A DNA stretch of 64,000 bases from an uncultured Candidatus Saccharibacteria bacterium (GTDB lineage: Bacteria > Patescibacteriota > Minisyncoccia > Phycocordibacterales > UBA12445). The notes beneath the pieces are model-generated. The model saw only the letters and a list, made by a program, of their open reading frames with translations. It did not search any database and had not been told where the DNA came from. Position 1 is the stretch's first letter, and the number at the start of each line of letters is the position of its first letter. This document shows, in pieces, positions 52,394 through 62,546 of this stretch. The stretch covers positions 6,341 to 70,340 of the forward strand of contig CAZYTH010000006.1 in NCBI GenBank assembly GCA_964649715.1, written 5' to 3'. A program made the position numbers and the translations under genes.

Positions 52394-52423
52394 AATATTT
52401 AGTAAATTAGTATAATATTCAAA

Positions 52424-54919
52424 ATGAATAAAATAAAAACTCTAATCATCTTGGCTCTAATGTTCTTCTCGGGAGTATCCTTCGCCGCATGGACACAGCC
52501 TACAGCCAATCCACCCGCAGGGAACACACAACCGCCGATAAATGTGGGGACAAGCGACCAAATCAAGAAAGCCATGATAGGTGCGACTGAGTTTTGTATA
52601 TACAATAGCGCTGGAGCTGAAGTAAGTTGTTTGGGCGGTAGTAACCCGGACAACCCAACACCTTTTCCTTGGATATTTGAAGGCGATAACATCTATAACA
52701 CAAATACTACCAATAAAGTTTTCGTGGGTGGAAAAAACGCGGATTTTTTAGGCATATGGAAAAATCTCACAGAGTGGACAAATAATCAGATAAAACTAGC
52801 AGTCAACGGAACAATTATTGCCAAAGGCTTCTGTCTTGGGCAAAGTTGTATAGACATAAACACAGGTGGAGTAGGTGATACTATAAACAATTGGTCTGAG
52901 GTGATAAAAAGTTTTGTTTCAACTGTCGAAGGCCCCTTGGGGCCTGTCGGCCCCGCTGGAGCTACAGGTTCTTCCGCAAGCAACCCTATGAATTGCAAAC
53001 CAGGAGAAGTTCTTACTTGGACACAGTATGGTATATCTCCAACTTTACATACGAGTGGACATGTGGACAGGGTGGTCTCACGGGTCCGACAGGCCTGACC
53101 GGTCCTACTGGCACCAACGGACAAATGGGTGCACCTGGTTATGGAGTTCCCACAAATTGTACTGACAAACAAATTGCCGTCTGGAATAGTACCAAAAAAG
53201 TCTGGGAATGCGGTACCTCTGGTGGTAGTACCACAGGCACAGCAAATGCCATAGCTAAATATGACAGTACGGGAAAACTTTCAAGTTCTAGTATTGTTTC
53301 TGAAACAAAAGGGTTCGTGTATGAACGCATTACTAATCCCTCTGATTTTCCCCGAACAGCTAGAATTAATTGTGAATGTGACAGAGATATCAACAAAATA
53401 GAATGTCCTGATGTTTTTGCAACTTCTCTTGAAAACCAACCAACTTTTTGTGTTGATAAATATGATGATACTTATGTGCGGTTTTTTGAAAGGAAACCTT
53501 CAAACCACCTAGTAATCAAAGACAGAACACAAGGAGACAAAAAGATATTGTCATCAGATGCTGGAGGTAAGGCGACGTGGAAGACCTTTTCGGAATTGGG
53601 AGTCAGTCTTGAAGAGAAAGATAACTTAGATTCTGTGGTGGGGAGGGGGAATTCAACCGAACGGCTAGTTTTCTTTAAGGGGCTTGTTGGAATAAAGAAT
53701 TTAATTAGTAATAGTTTTCAATTTGTTGACGGAAAACAAGCTACCGGCAAAGTTCTCACATCTGATGCAGGCGGTAATGCAACATGGGAGAATATTTCTA
53801 GGATTCCTTCTTGTCTTCCAAATCAGTATCTACTTAATGATGGTAGGAGTTGGATTTGTAAGGAAAAAACTTTTCCAAATGTATCTGAAAATGCGCAATC
53901 TTTTAAAATTGCAGCATTTGGTTTACCTTCTATTTCTTATTATTCATACCAAGTTGAGGATCAGGTCTTTGAAAAAAGAGCTACTGATTGGACTTTAATC
54001 AATTCTCCGCTTTCTATCTCAGACGACGGAACAAAAATATGTCTAAATGGGTCCTGTATTTCTAACTGGACAGATATAAGTGGGGGGTAACATTGAAGAC
54101 TTCATGTGTCCATCTGGACAATATTTAAGGGGTTATAGTAACGGGGAGCCTGTGTGTGAAAGTATGACTTCAACAAATAGTCTTTCTTATGGTTCTCAGG
54201 AGTGGTCTGTTCCGGGAACTTATTCTTGGAGTATCCCTAGTGGTGTAACAAAAATAAAGGTAACAGCTTGTGGAGGAGGGGGTGGTGGAGGACGTTCTGT
54301 TTTTATCGTAGCCAGACAGGATTTACACACTGGAGCGGGGGGTGGGGGTGGTAGTTTGGTAAGTGGTTCCGTTTATAATGTATCTCCAGGAACAAGTTTG
54401 CCTATTGTTGTTGGTAGTGGTGGCACTTCAGGAGGTGATGGTGGTATAACCAGCATAGGTTCCCTGGTTTCTTTGGCTGGAGGCAAGAGCTCCTCTCTTC
54501 CATCAGGCGGAACTTGGCAGAATTTTCCAGGACAAGGGGAGATTATGATTGGTGGAAAAGGAGGCGTGAGCGCAGGTAATGGAGGAAATGGAGGTTTTGT
54601 TGGTAACGGATTATCGCCTATTACGACTCCTCAAAATGGATTGTCTTCTTCTTTTGCTGTTGGTGGTTCATTTGGCACAGGCCCCCTTGCTCCAGGTGGT
54701 GGAGGTGGTGGCGCTAGTTTGGGACAAGGAGGAAAAGGTGCGTCAGGCGTATCTTTTAATTATCCGCAGACAAATGATGCCGGGGCTGGTTTTAGAGGTG
54801 GTGGCGGGGGTGGTGGTGGTGTTGGGGGTGCTGATAAGACTGGTGGCTATACATCTACTGGCGGAGGTTATGGAGGAAAAGGTGGAGATGGCTATGTTAA
54901 AATAGAGTGGGGGTTTTAG
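52424..54919 (+). pseudogene. Paralogous fibre/adhesin gene split into three ORFs (52424-53098, 52993-54090, 54080-54919) with a Gly-rich tip
   Basis: Colinear with 48909-51182 across a frameshift near 53030-53045; second junction at a G6 tract (54082-54087). Confidence 0.65.
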
Positions 54920-55069
54920 TTTATTGAAAGATTTTTTAGAATAAAAATAAAATAAACCATAGACTCAAAAACGTGCTTATTTAGGCACGTTTTTGACTTT
55001 TATTACAAATCTTTGTGTTTTAAAATATATTATTTTGAGTTAATCATTTGTTCTAGTAGAATAGACGGT

Positions 55070-55687
55070 ATGATAGATATTTTAGGTAAAATTTTTGGAA
55101 GCCCAAATAGAGTTAAAATAATGAGGTTTTTCTTATCTAACCCTGACTCTTTTTTCTCCGCAGAAGAGCTATCTTCTAAATTAAAGATGAAAAATGATGT
55201 TTTGTTGGTGGAGATAAAAATTTTGGAAAAAATAGAATTTTTAAAGAAGGAGAAGGCGACCAGAATGATAGAAGGTTCGTTAAACAAAGGAGTTCTAAAA
55301 AAGAGAACGGATACGGTTTTTCGTTTGAATAAATTATTCCCCTATGTTGTTGAGATGAACGACCTTCTCATAAAAAAGAGCTCATTTGACAAAGAAGACC
55401 TCCTAAAAAGACTTCGAGTTTCAGGAAAAATGGAAATGGTCATTATTTCAGGATTTTTTACAGACAATCTTAAGAGTCCGGCAGACATACTTATTGTCGG
55501 TGACAGGCTAGATAAGGTGGTTTTAGGAACGATAATTAAAGCGATGGAGAGAGATATGGGGAGGGATATAAAATATGCAGTTTTGGGCGTAGAAGATTTC
55601 AGATATAGATTTACTGTATATGATAAGTTTGTAAGAGATATTTTAGATTTTCCTCACGAGAAAATATTAAATAAATTGGGATTTTAA
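55070..55687 (+). CDS. Winged-HTH protein with a nucleotidyltransferase-like C-terminal domain
   Basis: LFGS--RVKI--F start pattern and SG-F...DILIVGD. Confidence 0.65.
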   Translation: MIDILGKIFGSPNRVKIMRFFLSNPDSFFSAEELSSKLKMKNDVLLVEIKILEKIEFLKKEKATRMIEGSLNKGVLKKRTDTVFRLNKLFPYVVEMNDLLIKKSSFDKEDLLKRLRVSGKMEMVIISGFFTDNLKSPADILIVGDRLDKVVLGTIIKAMERDMGRDIKYAVLGVEDFRYRFTVYDKFVRDILDFPHEKILNKLGF

Positions 55688-55714
55688 AAACCGCCATTTA
55701 TGGGCGGTTTTGTC

Positions 55715-56125
55715 TTACCAACAAAGCCATCTTTGAGAAAGTATGGCGACTGGTTTATTGTGCCAACCCATTTCTTTTTCCATGTATTTGTTAAGCTGAG
55801 AAAGAGTTTTAAAGCATATAAGAACTTCGTTGCTCTGATACCAGACCCTCTTGGTTCCTTCATAAACAAGAGTTATCTGGTGCCTGTCATCTTTTGGGTC
55901 CAAAATTCCAATTACCATTTGTTGAGCACCATCAACATCGTGTTTTTGGAGTATTTCGACAAAAAGCTTGCTCATTGCCACACAATTACCTCTTCCTGTT
56001 TGTTTGAGCACTTCTAGTTTTGGTTGATTGCCGGAATATATCTGTCTATCCTTGTTCTTTCTCTTAAGTTTTTCTATTTCAGTAAGAAATTCTTTGGCCC
56101 ACAAAGGGAACTTTAATCTTGCCAA
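55715..56125 (-). CDS. Hypothetical protein, possibly transglutaminase-like
   Basis: AAGGAGGT SD before TTG; GNC...H motif spacing. Confidence 0.5.
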   Translation of the reverse strand: MARLKFPLWAKEFLTEIEKLKRKNKDRQIYSGNQPKLEVLKQTGRGNCVAMSKLFVEILQKHDVDGAQQMVIGILDPKDDRHQITLVYEGTKRVWYQSNEVLICFKTLSQLNKYMEKEMGWHNKPVAILSQRWLCW

Positions 56126-56527
56126 AGTACAATACCTCCTTTTTTATCATCTAATTACAATCGTAACTTATTTTTCCTAGAAGCTCAACGCCTACGAAAT
56201 GCGGAGTTATACTTCTAGGAAAATTAAAAATATGAGATAATAATCTTATATGAAATATTTTAATAAAGATTTTTGGAAATTTTCCGCGCAATTTGTGATA
56301 ATAATTGCGATATCTTTATTTCTTATGTCTATGATAAGTGGGTATATTGGGAGCGGAGGAGGGGAGGCAAGTTTGACCAGATAATTTTTTCTCAGTATCT
56401 CATCGCAAGGAAAAAGCTCCTTTTGGAGTACTCTTTTTATTCGCAGGGAGAAATTATTTTCCCCAACTCCCTTCTGTGTGAATCCTCTTCGCAAAAGAAA
56501 AACACCCGAAGGTGCTTTTCTTAATTG

Positions 56528-56598
56528 TTGCGGAGGCCGGATTCGCACCGGCGTCCCGAGGTTATGAGCCTCGTGAGGTACTGCTCCTCCACTCCGCT
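56528..56598 (-). tRNA. tRNA-Met(CAT), probable initiator
   Basis: Anticodon arm CGAGG-CTCATAA-CCTCG; unpaired 1:72; T-loop TGCGAAT. Confidence 0.85.
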
Positions 56599-56656
56599 AT
56601 CTATATCTTAACAGTGAACCTTTTTAATGATGTTGTCAAATCATTACCGCTTTATA

Positions 56657-56786
56657 CGCGGTCGACCGGGATCGAACCGGCAACCTCTCGCGTGACAGGC
56701 GAGTGCTCCCCGCCCGAACGTACCGACGTTCGGTACGGGCGGGTAACCAGTTGAGCTCTCTCTTTTGAAGCTACAACCATGACCGC
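56657..56786 (-). pseudogene. Interrupted tRNA-Asp(GTC) copy
   Basis: Matches 56849-56922 except for a 35-bp insert (56709-56743) in the D-arm, a ~21-bp insert near the 5' end and one acceptor-stem substitution. Confidence 0.8.
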
Positions 56787-56848
56787 ATTTTCAACTTTTC
56801 AAATACTCTTTAAGCGTGAACAACTTATTTTTTCAATGTATTTTCCTA

Positions 56849-56922
56849 CGCGGTCGACCGGGATCGAACCGGCAACCTCTCGCGTGACAGGCGAGTGCTC
56901 TAACCAGTTGAGCTACGACCGC
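56849..56922 (-). tRNA. tRNA-Asp(GTC)
   Basis: Acceptor GCGGTCG/CGACCGC, anticodon arm CTCGC-CTGTCAC-GCGAG. Confidence 0.95.
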
Positions 56923-57148
56923 ATGCTTTTTTTATAAACCTCCCATCGGCACTCTTGAGATATATTTTTCTCTCACGAGCCTCCTTTCGGGTTTGGTATA
57001 TTTCTTTATATATAATTTTCAATTCATTCATTCGCGAAGTTGTTTTCGTCTTTCCGCGAACATGCTCACTGAAACGTCTCGCTAAATCATTGGTCTGGCC
57101 TTTATAAATTTTACCATTTTGATCTTGTAAGACGTATACAGCGTACAT
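56900..57148 (-). CDS. Small GIY-YIG nuclease
   Basis: VYVL, IYKGQT-DL-RR--EH and EARER--YLKS motifs; the stop codon lies inside tRNA-Asp. Confidence 0.85.
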   Translation of the reverse strand: MYAVYVLQDQNGKIYKGQTNDLARRFSEHVRGKTKTTSRMNELKIIYKEIYQTRKEARERKIYLKSADGRFIKKACGRSSTG

Positions 57149-57215
57149 ACTTTAGAGCTACGACCGCATTTTCAACTTTTCAAATATATCATATATATCT
57201 TTTTAGACAACTTTG

Positions 57216-57288
57216 TGTCGGGGGCGAGAATCGAACTCGCGACCGCAGCTTTATGAGTGCTGTGCTCTACCGACTGAGCTACCCCGAC
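57216..57288 (-). tRNA. tRNA with CAT anticodon (elongator Met or Ile2)
   Basis: Acceptor GTCGGGG/CCCCGAC, loop CTCATAA. Confidence 0.9.
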
Positions 57289-57432
57289 GTTTGTCAAATA
57301 AAAACATCCACGCTCGTCAGTATTTTGTACCATATGTTGTTATTTTTTTCAACACCAAGCAATCATCCTGTAAATTGGTTTGAAAAAAAAAGCTTAATAT
57401 ATTAGTATTTGGAAGTTGTTAAAAAAGTGAAA

Positions 57433-57505
57433 GCCGTTGTAGCTCAGTTGGTAGAGCACGTCATTGGTAATGACGAGGTCATCGGTTCAATCCCGATCAA
57501 CGGCT
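57433..57505 (+). tRNA. tRNA-Thr(GGT)
   Basis: Anticodon arm CGTCA-TTGGTAA-TGACG. Confidence 0.95.
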
Positions 57506-57516
57506 CATTGAATTTT

Positions 57517-57592
57517 GCCAGTGTAGCTCAGTTGGTAGAGCAATCGCATCGTAAGCGATGGGTCATCGGTTCAAGTCCGATCACTGGCTCCA
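57517..57592 (+). tRNA. tRNA-Thr(CGT)
   Basis: Anticodon arm ATCGC-ATCGTAA-GCGAT; encoded CCA. Confidence 0.93.
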
Positions 57593-57639
57593 TTTATAAA
57601 GCTTTCTTGTGAAAGTTTTTTGTGTATAATTATAGAAAT

Positions 57640-58536
57640 ATGACTGAACAAGAAAATGCCGAAAAAATAAAGGCACTTGAAGAAGAGATGCAGAAATATG
57701 ATTTCTGGGAGAATAAAATGCGTGCCCAGGAGGTTTTGAAAGAGCTGTCTCGGCTCAAAGAAGAAGCTTTGGGTGCAAGAAAATATGATAAAGGGGATGC
57801 TATAATAACTATTTTTTCAGGTGCGGGTGGAGATGATGCCGAAGATTTTTCGTACATCCTCTATGAGATGTATTCAAAATATATATCAAAGAAGGGTTGG
57901 GGTATATATATATTGCACAAAAACGAGAATGACCATGGCGGTTATCGAAACATAACTTTCGAAATTACTGGTAGTGGATCCTATGGCACTCTCAAGAACG
58001 AGTCTGGGGTACATCGCCTTGTAAGAGTTTCTCCTTTTAATGCAAAAAAATTAAGGCACACTTCTTTTTCTATGGTTGAAGTTATCCCGAAATTTAAAAA
58101 AGGAGAGTCATTTGAGATACCTGAATCTGAGCTTCAGATTGAATTTTCGCGAGCTGGAGGTCCTGGTGGTCAAAATGTGAACAAGAGAGAGACGGCTGTA
58201 CGTGTTGTTCATATTCCTACAAATATTTCTGCCCATTCAGAAGCAGAACGATCTCAGGCGGATAATAGGGCGAAAGCCATAGATATTCTTCGCGGAAAGT
58301 TGTTTAAATATTTGGAAGAGGAGCGTATCAAAAAAGAGGAGGGTATGTATATAAGCAAGATAACATCAGCTGAGTGGGGGAGTCAAATAAGATCGTATGT
58401 ATTACATCCTTACAAAATGGTAAAAGACCACAGGACGGATGTTGAAACTAGCGATATTGAGGGTGTTTTGGATGGAGAATTAGATGAATTTATAGAAGCA
58501 GAAAGAAATCTTGAACCAAAAGGTAAGTTGGTTTAG
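57640..58536 (+). CDS. prfB: Peptide chain release factor 2 (short N-domain)
   Basis: GVHRLVRVSPF, GGQNVNK and WGSQIRSYV motifs. Confidence 0.93.
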   Translation: MTEQENAEKIKALEEEMQKYDFWENKMRAQEVLKELSRLKEEALGARKYDKGDAIITIFSGAGGDDAEDFSYILYEMYSKYISKKGWGIYILHKNENDHGGYRNITFEITGSGSYGTLKNESGVHRLVRVSPFNAKKLRHTSFSMVEVIPKFKKGESFEIPESELQIEFSRAGGPGGQNVNKRETAVRVVHIPTNISAHSEAERSQADNRAKAIDILRGKLFKYLEEERIKKEEGMYISKITSAEWGSQIRSYVLHPYKMVKDHRTDVETSDIEGVLDGELDEFIEAERNLEPKGKLV

Positions 58537-58661
58537 GTGAAGGTTTAATGTAATCTTTCTATCGTTTTGTTTTTTTAGTTTTTTTAGTATACTAACATAG
58601 TGAGTTTTTGTCTGTATTGGATTTAAATTTTTAATATTTTCTAATTATCATCCGTTAAAAA

Positions 58662-59342
58662 ATGCTTTATCTCGAAAACGTTTCAAAAAGATATTCGGAC
58701 ACGACCTTGGCCTTAGATGAGATTAATTTTGATATAGGAAGGGGTGAGTTTGTGACGGTTGTTGGTCATTCTGGTGCCGGCAAGACAACTATTTTAAAGA
58801 TGATAACAGCAGAGGAATCACCTACATATGGCAAAGTTTATTTTGAGTCTTTAGACGTTCACGGTTTAAGAAGCAGAGAGGTTCCAAAATACAGGAGGAA
58901 GATTGGCGTTGTCTTTCAGGACAATCGCTTGATACACAACAAGACAGCTTATGAAAATATTGCCTTTGCGATGGAGGCTGCCGGAAGGACTGATCATGAA
59001 ATAATAGGAGATGTTCCTGAAATACTTCGTCTTGTCGGACTTGAGGATAAAATATGGAATTTTCCACACGAGCTTTCTGGCGGAGAGAGACAAAGGGTTT
59101 CCATTGCTCGGGCAATTATAAATCAGCCTGAATTAATTATTGCAGATGAGCCAACCGGAAATTTAGATCCAGTAAACACTTTAGACATTGTTAGTCTTTT
59201 TAAAAAAATAAACGAAATGGGAACGACCGTAATCCTGACAACCCACAATAAAAATGTTGTTGATATGGTGGGGGGGAGGGTTATTACTGTAGAAAGAGGT
59301 AGGATAATTAGGGACGACAAGGAAGGGAAATATGCTATTTAG
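58662..59342 (+). CDS. ftsE: Cell division ABC ATPase FtsE
   Basis: GHSGAGKTT, IGVVFQD, LSGGE-QR and ADEPTGNLDP motifs; upstream of ftsX. Confidence 0.93.
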   Translation: MLYLENVSKRYSDTTLALDEINFDIGRGEFVTVVGHSGAGKTTILKMITAEESPTYGKVYFESLDVHGLRSREVPKYRRKIGVVFQDNRLIHNKTAYENIAFAMEAAGRTDHEIIGDVPEILRLVGLEDKIWNFPHELSGGERQRVSIARAIINQPELIIADEPTGNLDPVNTLDIVSLFKKINEMGTTVILTTHNKNVVDMVGGRVITVERGRIIRDDKEGKYAI

Positions 59343-59440
59343 TTAGAGTTTTTTATGGTTGGTTGCGTTTATAAATTATTTTTATCGCTCACCAACAATC
59401 ATAAACTAAAAGCTAATAACCAATAATTAAAAAATAGAAA

Positions 59441-60370
59441 ATGTCATCGGTTAATATAAAAAGAGTCATAAAAACAGGGTTTATAAATTTTTGGAGAAAC
59501 GCAACCGTTTCGATTGCTTCTGTTCTTGTTATGTTTGTTTCTCTTTTTGTTATAACGGCCCTTATTCTTGCAAGCGCACTCAGTACTTCAATGATTTCTA
59601 TTCTTAAGGATAAGGTAGATATAAATATATATTTCAAAACAAGCGCAATAGAAGATGACATTTTTGAATTAAAAGGAAAATTAGAGGTTTTGCCTGAAGT
59701 AAAAAGTGTTCAATATGTTAGCAAAGAGGAAGCCCTTGCTAATTTTAAAGAGAGACACAAGGATAATTCTCTGATATTGAGCTCTTTAGATGAGCTTAGC
59801 GATAATCCTCTCGGCGCGATGGTGAGCGTAAAGGCCAAAGAGCCTTCTCAGTACGAGGGAATAGCTAATTTTCTGGAGGGGGGTGATATTGGAGTAACTA
59901 CCGACGGTGCTAGTATTATAGATAAGGTTAATTTTTATCAAAACAAGTTGATAATAGATAGACTAACAAAGATAATAGAATCAACAGAAAAAATAGGTTT
60001 TTCTTTGTTTGCCATATTCGCTATCCTTGCTATATTTGTGTCACTTAATACGATAAGACTCGCGATATACACCTCAAGAGAAGAGATATCTGTGATGAGG
60101 CTTGTGGGGGCAGGAAATTGGTACATAAGAGGGCCGTTTATTGTTTCTGGTGTCATGTCCGGGATATTTGCATCCATATTAACTGTTGCCATTTTCTACC
60201 CGATAACCATTTGGATAGGGGACAGAACAGAGAGCTTCCTTTCTGGAATAAATCTTTTTACTTATTACAAACAAAATATTGTTCAAATATCCTTAATAGT
60301 GCTTGTGGCAGGAATCTCAATAGGTTTTGTTTCTAGCTATATTTCCGTTAGGAAATATTTACATATTTAA
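59441..60370 (+). CDS. ftsX: Cell division permease FtsX
   Basis: SKEEAL, NTIRLAI and EI-VMRLVGA---YIRGPF motifs. Confidence 0.93.
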   Translation: MSSVNIKRVIKTGFINFWRNATVSIASVLVMFVSLFVITALILASALSTSMISILKDKVDINIYFKTSAIEDDIFELKGKLEVLPEVKSVQYVSKEEALANFKERHKDNSLILSSLDELSDNPLGAMVSVKAKEPSQYEGIANFLEGGDIGVTTDGASIIDKVNFYQNKLIIDRLTKIIESTEKIGFSLFAIFAILAIFVSLNTIRLAIYTSREEISVMRLVGAGNWYIRGPFIVSGVMSGIFASILTVAIFYPITIWIGDRTESFLSGINLFTYYKQNIVQISLIVLVAGISIGFVSSYISVRKYLHI

Positions 60371-60432
60371 ATATTTTTTCTTTACTTTTTTTTGGATTTT
60401 ATCTATTGTATTCATAAATTGTATTTTTGTAT

Positions 60433-60503
60433 TGCGGGATCGTCTAATGGTAGGACACATGCCTCTGGAGCATGTTATCTTGGTTCGAATCCAGGTCCCG
60501 CAG
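60433..60503 (+). tRNA. tRNA-Gln(CTG)
   Basis: Acceptor TGCGGGA/TCCCGCA, anticodon arm CATGC-CTCTGGA-GCATG. Confidence 0.94.
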
Positions 60504-60742
60504 TTAATAGCTTGATGTAAGCAAATGAACTGCTTCATTTGCGCCCTGGATTCGAACGCCGGAGCTATAATTTTATGAGCTTGCCTACCGGCAGGCAGGC
60601 ATTTGGCGAGCAAAATAGCGAGGCGGTGACCAGGCAAATTTTTTGGAAGAAAAATTTAGCCGAGGGAGAAATTCCAGGCCCCGCATTTTAAATGCAGTGA
60701 AAAACTACGGGAATAAAACAAACTTCTTTAATAAAGTATTTT

Positions 60743-61414
60743 TTAATTAGTTTCTATGTTGATTTCCTCTTTGAGTCTAGTTATCTTATCTAGTCTTTCT
60801 TTTTCTTCTTGTTCTTTTTGAATAACTCTTGAAAGTCTCTCTTTTTGTTTTTTTATATCTTCTATATCGCCTTCTGAAAGAGCGTTTCCATATTTCAAAG
60901 GAGCCTCTGTGCTTTCTATTGAATTATTCAAGGTTTCTTTTGGGCCCCATTCTGGATTTGATCTTATAAAATTAAGTGGTTGTAAATTTACCAATTGTCC
61001 AGAATCGTCTTTCATAAAAATAACACCATAACCTTTCCAAATAGCGCCTTGCCTAATTGCCACGTTGGCATGAGCATTTTCGTGTGCCAGTAAATCCTCA
61101 GCCCATTCTTTCGGTAGATTAAATTTTGTGCTCAGTTGATTTAGTAGTTCTTTAAATTCGACAATATTATAAGACATTGCGCTTGATTTTATTGTCTCTG
61201 CTAATAAAGTATCTTCTTCTAGCATTTCTTCCGCCAAAGGACACCCCCTCTCTATTGCCTTTTCGGACAAAATATTTAATTGCTTTTCTATTTCAATCAT
61301 CCTATCTATAAGAATGGGATTCTTTTCGGCATTTTCAATACTCTCTAATATTCTTTTTTTAAGCTGTTCTGTCTCAGGCGTTTCCGCTTTATTTTCTTTT
61401 ATTATGTTTTCCAT
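60743..61414 (-). CDS. Hypothetical protein with an HExxH motif
   Basis: AHENAH and downstream AP...LSEGD. Confidence 0.55.
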   Translation of the reverse strand: MENIIKENKAETPETEQLKKRILESIENAEKNPILIDRMIEIEKQLNILSEKAIERGCPLAEEMLEEDTLLAETIKSSAMSYNIVEFKELLNQLSTKFNLPKEWAEDLLAHENAHANVAIRQGAIWKGYGVIFMKDDSGQLVNLQPLNFIRSNPEWGPKETLNNSIESTEAPLKYGNALSEGDIEDIKKQKERLSRVIQKEQEEKERLDKITRLKEEINIETN

Positions 61415-61529
61415 TTCGATATTATATCAGATATGTTTTCAAACTAAATAGTCATAAAATAATTCATATTGTTTGAATGAAGTTAGAAAATTGCTAGAAT
61501 GTAAAGATACCAAGTTAATTTTATTTTTT

Positions 61530-62414
61530 ATGATTAAAAGATTTTTTCTTGTTTTGTTATTTTTTATGTCGTTATCTGGAATAGCTTTTTCGGCCCAACT
61601 TTTGAATCCGGAAAAGATTAATTCTGAGGTTATTATAAAGCCTGACGGTAAAGTTTCTATTCAGAATGCAAAAATAATGCAGTTTGCTGGTTCAACTATA
61701 TATGTGAGACTACACTGGGAGGAGTCTTTCATAAGGATGACGGTAAAGACGAATACTAAAACTTCTTTGACTAGAAAATTTGGAGAAAATATCAGCGTTT
61801 CAGACATAAAGATTGGAGATCGAATAAACGTAGAAGGAAACCTTGAGCCTGGGCCAGATTCACTCACGGTTAATGCGTCCTCTGTGGTTAACTTATCCGA
61901 CGAAAGAGAGCAAAATAAATTTTCTGGAAAAATATATGAAAGGATTGGAACCCCTGGTGGGTTTTTGATGATGACGAACGATGGACAAATTATTACAATT
62001 ATTTTTGACGAAAAAATAGAAATATTAAAAGGAACAGGGGTTGTGGGTTATAGAGATGTTTCTGTGGGGGATATTGTTCAATATTCGTCCGGTGTTTTTG
62101 ACCATTCAAAAAAGACTCTATATGCTAAAATGGCTAGGATTTTCTTGGATATGAACCAATTTAAATCAAGAAATTTCCAAGGGACATTGAGGAGTATTTC
62201 GGGGACAACATTGCCAACGATCATTACCGTAAATGTTGATTCAAAAGATTATACTATAAAGTTAGGAGCTGAATGTTCTGTTATGAACACAATGAGGAAA
62301 CCCCTATCTTTGTCTAGGTTTGTGATTGGCGATACTGTGAGGTTTTATGGGGCGATAAGGGAAAGGGAGCCTGAGATAATTGATGCTATTGTTGTTAGAA
62401 ATATAAGCCTGTAG
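61530..62414 (+). CDS. Secreted protein with repeated OB-like (DUF5666-like) domains
   Basis: Signal peptide; three repeats ending I--GD-(I/V)---G. Confidence 0.65.
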   Translation: MIKRFFLVLLFFMSLSGIAFSAQLLNPEKINSEVIIKPDGKVSIQNAKIMQFAGSTIYVRLHWEESFIRMTVKTNTKTSLTRKFGENISVSDIKIGDRINVEGNLEPGPDSLTVNASSVVNLSDEREQNKFSGKIYERIGTPGGFLMMTNDGQIITIIFDEKIEILKGTGVVGYRDVSVGDIVQYSSGVFDHSKKTLYAKMARIFLDMNQFKSRNFQGTLRSISGTTLPTIITVNVDSKDYTIKLGAECSVMNTMRKPLSLSRFVIGDTVRFYGAIREREPEIIDAIVVRNISL

Positions 62415-62546
62415 TTTTTTTATTTAAGACTTTCGTTTGGAAACTTCGCTCTCGGATGGAAAAATGAGAATAAGTCTGTGAGAAAATATCTTAATAACTG
62501 ACCCGGGAGTGAAGGGAAGGTTTCATTTATAATATCCGCACTTTCT

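Noticed and set aside
48909-54090. Possible diversity-generating retroelement TR/VR pair
   Set aside because: There is no reverse transcriptase in the window, and the repeats are either identical or differ at non-adenine, mostly synonymous positions.
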